Positions 18,340 to 27,366 of a DNA stretch of 32,000 bases are shown one piece after another; position 1 is the stretch's first letter; the number at the start of each line of letters is the position of its first letter. This DNA comes from Ignicoccus pacificus DSM 13166 (GTDB lineage: Archaea > Thermoproteota > Thermoprotei_A > Sulfolobales > Ignicoccaceae): contig CP006868.1 in assembly GCA_025340205.1 (NCBI GenBank), forward strand, positions 1,200,001 through 1,232,000, written 5' to 3'. The translations under genes were made by a program, and so were the position numbers. The notes under the pieces are model-generated. The model saw nothing but the letters and a program-made list of their open reading frames with translations, searched no databases and had not been told where the DNA came from.

Positions 18340-21300
18340 TTAGCTGGAGAGCTTGAAGGCTCTTCTGCGTAAAATCCTCCTCATGCTTGTGACTATAACG
18401 GCGACCAAAGCGGTTCCCGGAATCCTCAGACCAACGGTCACCGTCGTGTAGTCGCGCTCAGTCAGAGTGATATTGATCGATCCGTTGGGCACGAGGTGGT
18501 AGACGTAGAGCGTTGGATTTGAGGGATCCATCTTGATTATGACTGCTCCATCCTTTACTATGAAGCCCCTTACCACGTCGATATCGATGGGCTCTAACTG
18601 TTCTAGAGTCACATAAACCTTTCCGGTCTTCGGATCTATCAGCCCCACCTCGTCGCCCCATTTGAAGCTGAACAGGACCTTCCCGTCGGCGCTGACGGCC
18701 AGTACTTCTGGGTAAGAGATGTTGTTCAAGATATACAGCGTCGGCGAAGAGTTCAATCCGGTTAGCAGCAGTATCTTTCCGTTTTCCATGTCGTAGCTAA
18801 TAGCTATAGCGTTGGAAGTGTTTGCTATTATCTTTACGGACTGTGGAGGTTCGTTGAGAGTTATATTCAGGTTGAAGTCTATGATCTTTGTCTCACCGCT
18901 AAAGCTCTCCGGGAACTCAATTACTCTCAACACAGTTCCTCCATTAGTGAGGTATACCGCGTACATCGTGCCGTTGTCCTCGAATAATATCGGCCCGTTG
19001 TAGATGTCACTAAAGTAAGGATAGACGTGAGCTAGGTAGTAGGAAGTAGCGTTATCATCTACGTTAAAGTCCGTTCCGTTAAACTTCGCTAACTTAACGG
19101 TCGTTATTCCGAAGTAATATATGTAGAATACGGCATAATCGCTGTATTGAATGGGTGTGGGCGGATAGCCTATGCTTACCTTTCCGACGTAGGTTAACTT
19201 GTCGTCTTCTATCTTGAAAATGCTGATGTTAGTATAGCTACCCGTAGGGTCTATTATTACCAGAGGCGTGTTGTTAAGAACCATCGATGAGATGTAAGGT
19301 GTGAAGGTGTGCTTTGAGGGAAGTATGACGTAGCTCACGTTGATTAGCTTACACGTTCCTCCGCACTCCAGCTTGTAGAGCGTCGTGACGTTGTTGTAGC
19401 CATATAGTACTAAGTAATCTGAGTTGTTGTAGACCAACGTCGATTGCACGAAGTGATCGGTCTGCAAGGATAAGGTCTGGCTCTCTTGAACGTTCAGAAC
19501 TCCCCCATTATCAATCCTCTCAATGGTGAGGGCATGCGCGATGAAAACAGCGCTTAGTGCTATCGCTAGTACCAGCTTCTTCCTCCTCCTTAGGAATGGG
19601 AGGAATAAGGCGAGCAGCGCCGGCACGGGAACTCCTTGACCCTTTACAGTGATTATAGTAGTTGAGGTAGTGTTGATAACTTGATTGTTCAGTGTCAAGG
19701 CAACTCCGTTCAAGCTGTCGGATTGAACCAAGGCGGTACGATTCTCCATGCTCAACCCTATTGAAGGCTTCTGGGTGCTGGCGACGAGCGCTCCGGGGGC
19801 GTAGACCTCTCCGTAGCCCGTGTAGCCGTCGAAGCCCGGAGCGTAGAGGTCCCTAGCCCCGTTCATTACGGCGTATACGTTCTTTCCTATGCTGTAGGCT
19901 AAGGCCACTATTCCAGCCGCTATCGGAGAAGCGTAGCTGGTACCGCTGTCATAGGTCACCATGAAGTTGCTCGTGTTCGCTATAGGCTCTGAGAGCTTAG
20001 CTAAGACAGAGTTCGTGGGATAGATACCCAAGACGTCCTCTCCCGGAGCGGCGAAGGCCAAGTAGGGTCCGTAGTTGCTGAAATCCGCTAGGGTGTTGTT
20101 GACGTCCAAGGCGGCCACGGGATAGGTTCCGGGGCACATCGAGGGGAACTCGAAGCCGTTACTACTGCTCAACAACATGCCCTCGTTTCCTGCTGCAACC
20201 ACTACCGTCAGACCGGCGTTAACCATAGGCTCTACCTCATCTTGGCAAGCTTCTTGGAAAGCGTTGTACTCGCTGGAATCGTACCATCCTCCCAAGCTCA
20301 TGTTAACTACCTTCAGCTCGGGTAAGCTCTGGTGCAAGGTACTCACGTAGCTCGCGGCTCCGGCCAGACTTTCGTCGTCGAAGTAGCCGAAGTCCATGTA
20401 AACCGTTCCGTTGAGACAAGCGCTGAGAGTCGTGCAGTTGCTCGTGGGATACAAGACTATGAGGTCGGCTTTAACCGGGACGACCTTGACTTTTCCGAAT
20501 AAAGCAGGAGGCAATACTCCGGTCACGTAACTTGTTCCGTTGCTCAGCGTCAAGTTGCCGGATATCATGGAGGACACGAAGGTTCCATGTCCTACTACAT
20601 CGTATGGCTCCGTGAGTTGGACGAAGATGACTGTCGTGTCGTTCGAATCTTGGGGCGGCACCACGCAGTACTTGTATATCGTCGCGTTGTAAGGCATGTA
20701 ATACGGCGTTGTTATTCCAAAGATCAGGAAGGCGAGCCAATCCAATATTAGGTCAAACCTCTTTCCATAGAGGTTAGCCACGCCGTAGTCGCTGCACTCG
20801 CCGTTGGATATGAGGTAATCCACGAACGAAGTTATCGCCTTCGCGTTGGCCCAATCCGCATTGACCGGGGCTCCCGGCGCTAGGCCGGAGTCTATTACCG
20901 CTACCTCTACCGTTGAGGCAGAGGAGTTCAACTGAGTTAAGTTAGCCTTGATTGGAAGCACGCCCACGTGGACTGAGTCCAACTGCCATCCGTAGTTCGC
21001 CGTTCCATTAACCACCAAGTAGGCGTTCATCTTGTGGAACCTTACGAGCTTGGGATAACATGAGTACTTCATCGCAATTATTGACTTTAGTGAACTTAGG
21101 TCTTTTACGTGCATCATCTTCATTAAGTGCTTCGTGACTGGTACTACCTTCTTCATTTTAGGACAGAGTATAACGCCTTCCAAGGGTCCTCTGATAGCGA
21201 ACGCGACCGCTCCTAGGATCAAGAGGAGCACCAGCGCCCTCTTCTTGTTCCTAAGGAATAACGCGGGAAGAGCTACCATCGGTATGCCGACTTGTGAAGT

Positions 21301-22413
21301 TTGTGCGGGGCTCGTGGTTAAGCTATCCAAAGCCATGTAGAACGACGAGTTGTAGTATTGGTAATCTTGAGTGAAGTAGTCCACTTCGTAAAGGAGGGCT
21401 ACCTTGTTCTCAGCGACCCTCATAGAGTAGAGGTAATAGCCCACGTAAGCGCTACTTGAGAACGGTAGGTTCACATTAGACAAGTCCTTTGAAAAGATCA
21501 CGTGACCTTCGAAGTCCAATTTGTACAAATAGCCTCCCATATCAGCGCAGTAGACGTAGATCCCATCGTTCGATATCTCCCCTCCTATGCCATAACAAGA
21601 CAGTCCGAGGTTCAGTACTGTAGGATCGGTGCTAACCGTTTTTACTAGGTAAAAGTTGCTACCATCGCTTAGCAACATGGTGTCGTTTGCCCAATCATAA
21701 ACGGAGATCGCATCGACGTGCGTTAACTCGTTTAGGTTACCGCCTCCCAGATAGTTACCTTCCTTGCTTATTATGTAATAGTACTGTGCAAAGGGAGAGA
21801 CAGTCTCTACGTATAAACCTAGGTAGCCTTGTCTAGGGAAGAGTTTCAAGTCGGCACAGAATCCCGTGAAGGTTAACGGCAACCTCTTGGCGAGGACCCT
21901 CCTTAAGCCGTCCTCCGTGATCTCGTACTTGTATATCTCTATATAGAACTTGTTGTAGTCGGTTGTGTTCGGAACAGAAGATGCGAGGTAGAGGTAGCCG
22001 TTGTCGAGGGCCACGGACCCGCAATCGGTATAAGAGGAAGGCGACAAGATGTAGTAAGTATTCTCCTTAATCTTTGAGGGATTATCGGTTATATTAAATA
22101 GGTACAGTGTCATATTTGAATTTATGATTGCTAAGAGGCAGTTTTTGCTGTTAGTCTCAAGGTACGTATCGAATCCATCTCCTTGGAGGGTCACGTTTAC
22201 TGCATTTATCATATTCGTATCGTTGTTTACGAAGAACATGAAGAGCTTACCCGCGCTGGAGGAAATCGCTATGGGTATGTAGGTTCCGCTTGCATAGCAC
22301 AAGTACATGGAGCTAATTCCGTTGTAAGGTCCAAGCGTTATGGGATACGGCATCCACGTTAGGGCACGCGCTAAGACTATTAGAACCGACATAAGCATGA
22401 TAGCTCTTCTCAT
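18340..22413 (-). CDS. Giant exported protein (1357 aa): N-terminal propeller-like module, central subtilisin-like (S8) protease module, C-terminal propeller-like module, with two internal anchor+signal-peptide-like junctions
   Basis: S8 motifs VEVAVIDSGLAPG, VVGHGTFVSSMISG, VVVAAGNEG and DSGTSYASPIAAGIVALAY. N-terminal signal peptide MRRAIMLMSVLIVLARA. Internal LPALFLRNKKRALVLLLILGAVAFA and VPVPALLALFLPFLRRRKKLVLAIALSAVFIAHA. Confidence 0.9.
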   Translation of the reverse strand: MRRAIMLMSVLIVLARALTWMPYPITLGPYNGISSMYLCYASGTYIPIAISSSAGKLFMFFVNNDTNMINAVNVTLQGDGFDTYLETNSKNCLLAIINSNMTLYLFNITDNPSKIKENTYYILSPSSYTDCGSVALDNGYLYLASSVPNTTDYNKFYIEIYKYEITEDGLRRVLAKRLPLTFTGFCADLKLFPRQGYLGLYVETVSPFAQYYYIISKEGNYLGGGNLNELTHVDAISVYDWANDTMLLSDGSNFYLVKTVSTDPTVLNLGLSCYGIGGEISNDGIYVYCADMGGYLYKLDFEGHVIFSKDLSNVNLPFSSSAYVGYYLYSMRVAENKVALLYEVDYFTQDYQYYNSSFYMALDSLTTSPAQTSQVGIPMVALPALFLRNKKRALVLLLILGAVAFAIRGPLEGVILCPKMKKVVPVTKHLMKMMHVKDLSSLKSIIAMKYSCYPKLVRFHKMNAYLVVNGTANYGWQLDSVHVGVLPIKANLTQLNSSASTVEVAVIDSGLAPGAPVNADWANAKAITSFVDYLISNGECSDYGVANLYGKRFDLILDWLAFLIFGITTPYYMPYNATIYKYCVVPPQDSNDTTVIFVQLTEPYDVVGHGTFVSSMISGNLTLSNGTSYVTGVLPPALFGKVKVVPVKADLIVLYPTSNCTTLSACLNGTVYMDFGYFDDESLAGAASYVSTLHQSLPELKVVNMSLGGWYDSSEYNAFQEACQDEVEPMVNAGLTVVVAAGNEGMLLSSSNGFEFPSMCPGTYPVAALDVNNTLADFSNYGPYLAFAAPGEDVLGIYPTNSVLAKLSEPIANTSNFMVTYDSGTSYASPIAAGIVALAYSIGKNVYAVMNGARDLYAPGFDGYTGYGEVYAPGALVASTQKPSIGLSMENRTALVQSDSLNGVALTLNNQVINTTSTTIITVKGQGVPVPALLALFLPFLRRRKKLVLAIALSAVFIAHALTIERIDNGGVLNVQESQTLSLQTDHFVQSTLVYNNSDYLVLYGYNNVTTLYKLECGGTCKLINVSYVILPSKHTFTPYISSMVLNNTPLVIIDPTGSYTNISIFKIEDDKLTYVGKVSIGYPPTPIQYSDYAVFYIYYFGITTVKLAKFNGTDFNVDDNATSYYLAHVYPYFSDIYNGPILFEDNGTMYAVYLTNGGTVLRVIEFPESFSGETKIIDFNLNITLNEPPQSVKIIANTSNAIAISYDMENGKILLLTGLNSSPTLYILNNISYPEVLAVSADGKVLFSFKWGDEVGLIDPKTGKVYVTLEQLEPIDIDVVRGFIVKDGAVIIKMDPSNPTLYVYHLVPNGSINITLTERDYTTVTVGLRIPGTALVAVIVTSMRRILRRRAFKLSS

Positions 22414-22637
22414 TTATCTCCCTAGGGGAAAGCAGTATCGTAAACTTTTAAACATTAAAATAGATTTGCATTGAACATTATTGGTCATCTTGAACTTAGT
22501 AAAGAGTTATACATTCGCTTCCTCGTTCTTTATAGCTCCAAGGAATATTCAATTCCCTTTGGCATATATTATCCAGTGCGAGATGCGTCCTCAACAGCTT
22601 AAACCTCTCGTGACCTCCCCTAAGCTCTGGTGAACCG

Positions 22638-23774
22638 ATGAGCAAGTACAACGACTTGATCGAGAAGTCTGTTAGGGCGATCAAGGTCCTTCTCCCTAAG
22701 GCTCTTGAGAGAAAGGGTAAGGATGTGATCAAGATAATGCACGTCTGCGGAACTCATGAGCACACGGTTACCCACAACGGCTTGAGGTCCCTAGTTCCTC
22801 CGGAGCTCGAGATAATTGCTGGCCCCGGGTGCCCCGTCTGCATCACTCCGGCCTCCGCCGTCGATCAAGTAATAGATCTAGCTCTCCAAGGAGTTAGGGT
22901 TTACGCTTATGGAGACGTCTACAAGCTTCCGGGCACCAAGGGAAGCTTGGCTACAGCTAAGGCTAGAGGCGGGGACGTAAAGGTAGTTTACGGCTTCCTA
23001 GATGCGATAAAGGATGCCAAGGAGAGCGGGAAGGAGGGAGTGTTCTTCGGCGTAGGCTTCGAGACGACAGTTCCCACAGTCGCCTCTCCCATATACTTGG
23101 GGAAAGTTCCCAAGAACTTGAAGGTGTTCTCCGTCTACAGGCTCACCGCTCCCGGCTTGGATAAGGCCTTGGAGGCCCACAAAGCCTTAGGAGTCCCCCT
23201 TGATGGAATAATCGCTCCCGGCCACGTCTCCTCGATAATAGGGGCCAACGCTTGGAGGTACCTTCCAGAAAAATACGGCTTGCCCACGGTGGTAGCCGGT
23301 TTCGAGGCCTATGATTATATGCTAGCGCTGGTCGACCTCCTCCAGCAGATGGCTGAGGGCAAGGCGGAGCTTCACAACGAGTACTCTAGGGTGGTAAAGC
23401 CGGAGGGCAACACGGTGGCTTGGAAGAGGGTCATGGAGGTCTTCGAGGTAGAGGACGCCTATTGGAGGGGAATAGGAGTGCTTCCCAACAGCGGCTTAAG
23501 GTTCAGGGAGGCCTACAAGGACTGGGACGCTGCTAGGGAGTACGGCTTGAAGGTGGAGCCCACGAACAAGGAGCTTCCTCCGGGATGTAAGTGCGCCGAG
23601 ATAAACCTAGGAATAGCGAAGCCTACCGACTGTCCTTACTTCAAGAAGAGATGCACTCCGACCACTCCCATAGGGCCCTGCATGGTCAGCGACGAGGGAA
23701 CTTGCGCTATCTGGGCCAAGTTCGGAGGAGGAGGCCTGGTAATGGAGCTGGCCAAGGAGGCCGGAATATTATAA
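22638..23774 (+). CDS. hypD: [NiFe]-hydrogenase maturation protein HypD
   Basis: IMHVCGTHEHTVTHNGLRSLVPPELEIIAGPGCPVCITP, FGVGFETTVPT and GHVSSIIG. Confidence 0.95.
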   Translation: MSKYNDLIEKSVRAIKVLLPKALERKGKDVIKIMHVCGTHEHTVTHNGLRSLVPPELEIIAGPGCPVCITPASAVDQVIDLALQGVRVYAYGDVYKLPGTKGSLATAKARGGDVKVVYGFLDAIKDAKESGKEGVFFGVGFETTVPTVASPIYLGKVPKNLKVFSVYRLTAPGLDKALEAHKALGVPLDGIIAPGHVSSIIGANAWRYLPEKYGLPTVVAGFEAYDYMLALVDLLQQMAEGKAELHNEYSRVVKPEGNTVAWKRVMEVFEVEDAYWRGIGVLPNSGLRFREAYKDWDAAREYGLKVEPTNKELPPGCKCAEINLGIAKPTDCPYFKKRCTPTTPIGPCMVSDEGTCAIWAKFGGGGLVMELAKEAGIL

Positions 23775-23800
23775 AACTCCTCTTTATCTAGCTGGGCAAG

Positions 23801-24679
23801 ATGATGTTCGAGGACAAGAGAGTTTTATTGATGAGAAACGGAGAGGTAAGGGTGGTAGTTGGATACGAGCACCCTCCCGGTTGCTCCATAGCTTACTTGA
23901 AGTACGTGTACACCGGAAGGGGACCTTGGAAGGGATTCGAGAGGGTCGTCAAGGAATACACTCCCGAGGAGGTGAGGAAGGGTAGCCTAGTTTATGATCC
24001 GAACTTTGGCTCCCTAGTCCCTTGTGCCTCCCACTCTGAGGTTCTAAGGGCTCCGGATCCCTTGGAGAGAGCCAAGGAGGTTATCTCCTCCCCCAAGGAT
24101 CTCCTCGAAGAAAGGTTCGTGGAACTTTACGATTGCCTAAGGATAAGGGACTTGGGTCTCGGGGGAAGCTTGTTGCTCGGAATACAGCACGAGAACTCCG
24201 ATGTGGATTCCTTGATCTATCCGAGGGGCGACCCTCTTTGGATATGGGAGGAGCTGGAGAACTCTGACTTATTAGAGGAGGAGAGGGAGTGGAGCTTAAG
24301 GGTCTCCAAGCTCTTAGGCTTGCCTCTGAACGAAGTAAAAAGATTGTACTCAAAGGCTAAAAGAGCTATGTTTAAGGGTACTGCGGTCTCCTTTGCCTTT
24401 GTGAAGAAGGATCTGGAGAGGTACGGCTCTTCAGTAGCTGATCCTATTGGGAAGATTGAGCTGGTCCTAGATATGGAACCTTGTCCTGAGGCCTTGTACT
24501 ATCCCCATAGGTGCTGGGCAGGGAGGTACCTCATCGAAAGCTATGAGAGTTCCTTTGTTAAGGTATTCGTAAAAGGAGGAAGGGTGAGGGTAAAGGGATA
24601 CTTGTGGAGGAGAAGTGACGGAACGGAGGTCATAAGGATAGGCGGAAGGGAGGAGAGAGGTTACTTGCTCTTTGCATAG
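23801..24679 (+). CDS. Predicted nucleotidyltransferase (COG1665-like)
   Basis: LRIRDLGLGGSLLLGIQHENSDVDSLIYP, a GS...SDVDxxxYG-like nucleotidyltransferase signature. Confidence 0.65.
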   Translation: MMFEDKRVLLMRNGEVRVVVGYEHPPGCSIAYLKYVYTGRGPWKGFERVVKEYTPEEVRKGSLVYDPNFGSLVPCASHSEVLRAPDPLERAKEVISSPKDLLEERFVELYDCLRIRDLGLGGSLLLGIQHENSDVDSLIYPRGDPLWIWEELENSDLLEEEREWSLRVSKLLGLPLNEVKRLYSKAKRAMFKGTAVSFAFVKKDLERYGSSVADPIGKIELVLDMEPCPEALYYPHRCWAGRYLIESYESSFVKVFVKGGRVRVKGYLWRRSDGTEVIRIGGREERGYLLFA

Positions 24680-25266
24680 AGTATCTCCTTCCCATTAACT
24701 ATAACGTCCACGCTCTTTGCCTTACCCCAGACGAGGACTACGTCTATCATCTTGCTAGCCGGGCATATCTTGACCCAAGGCTTTATGGGAATCATTGTTA
24801 TATTTATAATCATATTCTCGCCGTTAATTGTAGCATTTACCTTGACCCTCTTGCATATGGAACCGCTCAAGGGTACCATTACAACAGTTTGATTGCCCTT
24901 GGATATCATCTCCTTTACGTCACTTAGGAGATACCTCTCGCCGCACTCCAAGCCTTTGATGGTAGAGTTCCAAAACACTTGAGGTTTGGGCTGGGCTCCG
25001 AGCAAGTTGAGAGCTTCCACCTTGCAGACCCAAGGTCCCTTAATCAGTTCGTAAATCTTTATCGGTCCGTTGCTGCAGACCAAGTTGACCGGCCACTTTC
25101 CATGAAGGGAATGAGGAATCGTGGGAGAAGCTATTATTCCGCCGTCCGTTATCCACAACCAGAAGTTCCCTGCGGGGATGATGGCGTTAACGGTACCCGA
25201 TATCACGTGCGCTGAAGCCGTGAATATCGCTATTAAGAGAATGACCCCTACTCTTATACCTCTCAA
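24661..25266 (-). CDS. Hypothetical exported protein (201 aa, Cys-containing)
   Basis: Signal peptide MRGIRVGVILLIAIFTASA. Body has repeated short beta-strands, N-glycosylation sequons and several cysteines. 3' end overlaps the 23801..24679 gene by 19 bp. Confidence 0.6.
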   Translation of the reverse strand: MRGIRVGVILLIAIFTASAHVISGTVNAIIPAGNFWLWITDGGIIASPTIPHSLHGKWPVNLVCSNGPIKIYELIKGPWVCKVEALNLLGAQPKPQVFWNSTIKGLECGERYLLSDVKEMISKGNQTVVMVPLSGSICKRVKVNATINGENMIINITMIPIKPWVKICPASKMIDVVLVWGKAKSVDVIVNGKEILYAKSK

Positions 25267-25277
25267 TAGCTTAACCC

Positions 25278-25862
25278 TTGGGGAATGCAGTGGGAGAGCT
25301 CAAAGGCTTTGTGGTATTGATGTTGCTCACCGCTGTACTCTTCGCCGCTTCTAACACCTTGGTAAAGAGCTCTTTGCCAGTGGTTTGCAAACACGACAAG
25401 AACGCCCCCTCCCCAAAGGCCATAATCATTCACTATAACACGTTGATAATAAGGCACCTAGAGGATCCATGCTTCGTTAAGACAATTGAAGTGCTCTACT
25501 CTAAGGACAAGGTAACGAGGACCCTACTAACAACCAAGCCTATGGCTAAGGTGGCTCCAGATGTCACCGTCACCCTCCCTAAGCCTCCATACACTTTGAC
25601 GGTGATCTACGCTGACATGGCCAACAACACTGGAAGACTATCTTGGACTATAACCGCTGAGCCCTACACGACCCACTACTTGGTCACCATGGTAGCCACT
25701 GGGGGATCGGCGGTCGTTCAAATCAATCCACCTCCCAATAAGCCGCTCCTCCCTCAGCCCTACGCCGACCCTTCATTCCAAGCCTCGGTGATGACCTTGC
25801 TCGCAATAGCGGCCTTCATCTACGGAGCGATAAGGTTCTTCACCTCAGGGAGGTCCAGTTGA
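25278..25862 (+). CDS. Hypothetical exported/membrane-anchored protein (194 aa)
   Basis: N-terminal hydrophobic segment FVVLMLLTAVLFAA and C-terminal TM VMTLLAIAAFIYGAIRFF with a short basic tail. Confidence 0.6.
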   Translation: MGNAVGELKGFVVLMLLTAVLFAASNTLVKSSLPVVCKHDKNAPSPKAIIIHYNTLIIRHLEDPCFVKTIEVLYSKDKVTRTLLTTKPMAKVAPDVTVTLPKPPYTLTVIYADMANNTGRLSWTITAEPYTTHYLVTMVATGGSAVVQINPPPNKPLLPQPYADPSFQASVMTLLAIAAFIYGAIRFFTSGRSS

Positions 25863-25912
25863 TAAAAGGGAAATAACGGTCCCCTCCTTCACCCTAAGCG
25901 AGGTCAAAGGCT

Positions 25913-26716
25913 GTGCGGGAGCTCCTTTTGTTTGGTCTGGGGCCTATAGGCCTCGAGGTTCTTAGGGCGATCACGAAGGGTCTGCTTAAAGTGGACAAGG
26001 TCTACGCGGTGGCTCCACATGCGGAAATAGCTAAGGCCAGGGAAATACTTCCAAAGCTGATAGAGTTAGACGAGGACGTAGCAGTCAAGATGAAGTTCAG
26101 TGCAGTTTTAGAAATAGCGGGGCCGCAGAAGGCTAAGGAATACGTGCCTAAGTTCTTAATGCAAGGAAATACTGTAATAATGATGACTTCTTCTTTATTA
26201 GCAGACGACGATTATATGGAGGAGATAAAGAGGATAACGAAGGCCTACGGAGGAAGGATAGTGGTTCCCTTCGGAGCGGTGGGCGGATTGGACCTAGTCA
26301 ACGCCTTGTCAGTATTTGAGGATTTGAAGGTTGAAGTCGAGGTGAGGAGGAGGCCGGAGGTGCTGGCAGACGTGCTCAGGGAAGCGGGCTTCGAGGTAGA
26401 TGCCACGGAGGACGTCCCGGTGGTGCTCTACGAGGGATCGGCGAAGGAGGAGCTCAGAAAGGTACAGAAGGGAATAAACACCATAATGGCGGCTGTCTTG
26501 GCAGCTGGAAGGGACGTGAACTTGAGGATAGTTGCCGACGCGAGCGTTAAGGGTTCAAAATACAGTTTAATTATAGAAAGTCCAATAGCTAAGGCGAAGC
26601 TCCAAGCGGAGTATGAGGTGTTCGAGGAAGATCCCAAGCTCAGTAAGATCATGGCCTACTCGGCGCTAAGGGCCTTGAAGGCCGTTCTAGAGGGAGTAGA
26701 GGTGGTAGTGTTCTGA
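25913..26716 (+). CDS. nadX: L-aspartate dehydrogenase (NAD biosynthesis)
   Basis: FGLGPIGLEVLRAI nucleotide-binding motif, VVPFGAVGGLDLVNAL, AGRDVNLRIVADASV and ESPIAKAKLQAEYEVFEEDPKLSKIMAYSALRAL. Confidence 0.85.
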   Translation: MRELLLFGLGPIGLEVLRAITKGLLKVDKVYAVAPHAEIAKAREILPKLIELDEDVAVKMKFSAVLEIAGPQKAKEYVPKFLMQGNTVIMMTSSLLADDDYMEEIKRITKAYGGRIVVPFGAVGGLDLVNALSVFEDLKVEVEVRRRPEVLADVLREAGFEVDATEDVPVVLYEGSAKEELRKVQKGINTIMAAVLAAGRDVNLRIVADASVKGSKYSLIIESPIAKAKLQAEYEVFEEDPKLSKIMAYSALRALKAVLEGVEVVVF

Positions 26717-27366
26717 AGGCCGCTGCCTTACTCTCAGGGGGAAAGGACAGCAACTTCGCCCTCCATTGGGCAGCGCTCCACGGCTTGGAGATATGCTGTA
26801 CCGTCACCTTGAAGCCTCCTGAGGACTCGGAGCTCCTTCAGTTCCCCTCAGTAGAGCTGGCCAGACTCCAAGCTGAGGCTATGGGTATTCCCTCGATTTA
26901 CGCTGAGGGAAAGGAGGAACTCTTGGAAGATCTTTTGAAAAAGGCGAAGGAAATGGGAGCCACCCACGTGGTCTCCGGAGCCCTCCTCTCTGATTTTCAA
27001 AGGCAAAGGATGGGCCTTACCGCGAGGAGGCTCGGCTTAATCCCCGTCAACCCTATTTGGAGGATAAATCAAGAGGAATATATGAGGACATTGGTTAGAA
27101 ACGGCTTTAAGTTCATCTTGATAAGGGTGGCTGCCTACGGCTTAGGCCCCGAGTTCTTGGGGAAGGTAGTTGACGAGGAAATGATTGAAGAAATAATAAG
27201 AAGGGCCAGGAAGTATGGCTTCAATCCAGCCTTCGAGGGAGGGGAGGCAGAGACGTTGGTTCTCAAGGCCCCCCTCTACAAGAGGGAGTTGGAGGTCGAG
27301 GGAAGGATAGTTAGCAGAGGAGGTGGGGACTGGGTCTACGTCATTGAGAAGGCTCGTCTGAAGTAG
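26713..27366 (+). CDS. PP-loop ATPase, diphthine-ammonia-ligase/COG2102-like; start extended upstream of the ORF-track call (26785) to a CTG
   Basis: 26713 onward reads LKAAALLSGGKDSNFALHWAALHGLEICCTVTL, giving the PP-loop SGGKDS needed for function. Also VSGALLSDFQRQRMG...LGLIPVNPIWRI. Confidence 0.85.
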   Translation: MKAAALLSGGKDSNFALHWAALHGLEICCTVTLKPPEDSELLQFPSVELARLQAEAMGIPSIYAEGKEELLEDLLKKAKEMGATHVVSGALLSDFQRQRMGLTARRLGLIPVNPIWRINQEEYMRTLVRNGFKFILIRVAAYGLGPEFLGKVVDEEMIEEIIRRARKYGFNPAFEGGEAETLVLKAPLYKRELEVEGRIVSRGGGDWVYVIEKARLK

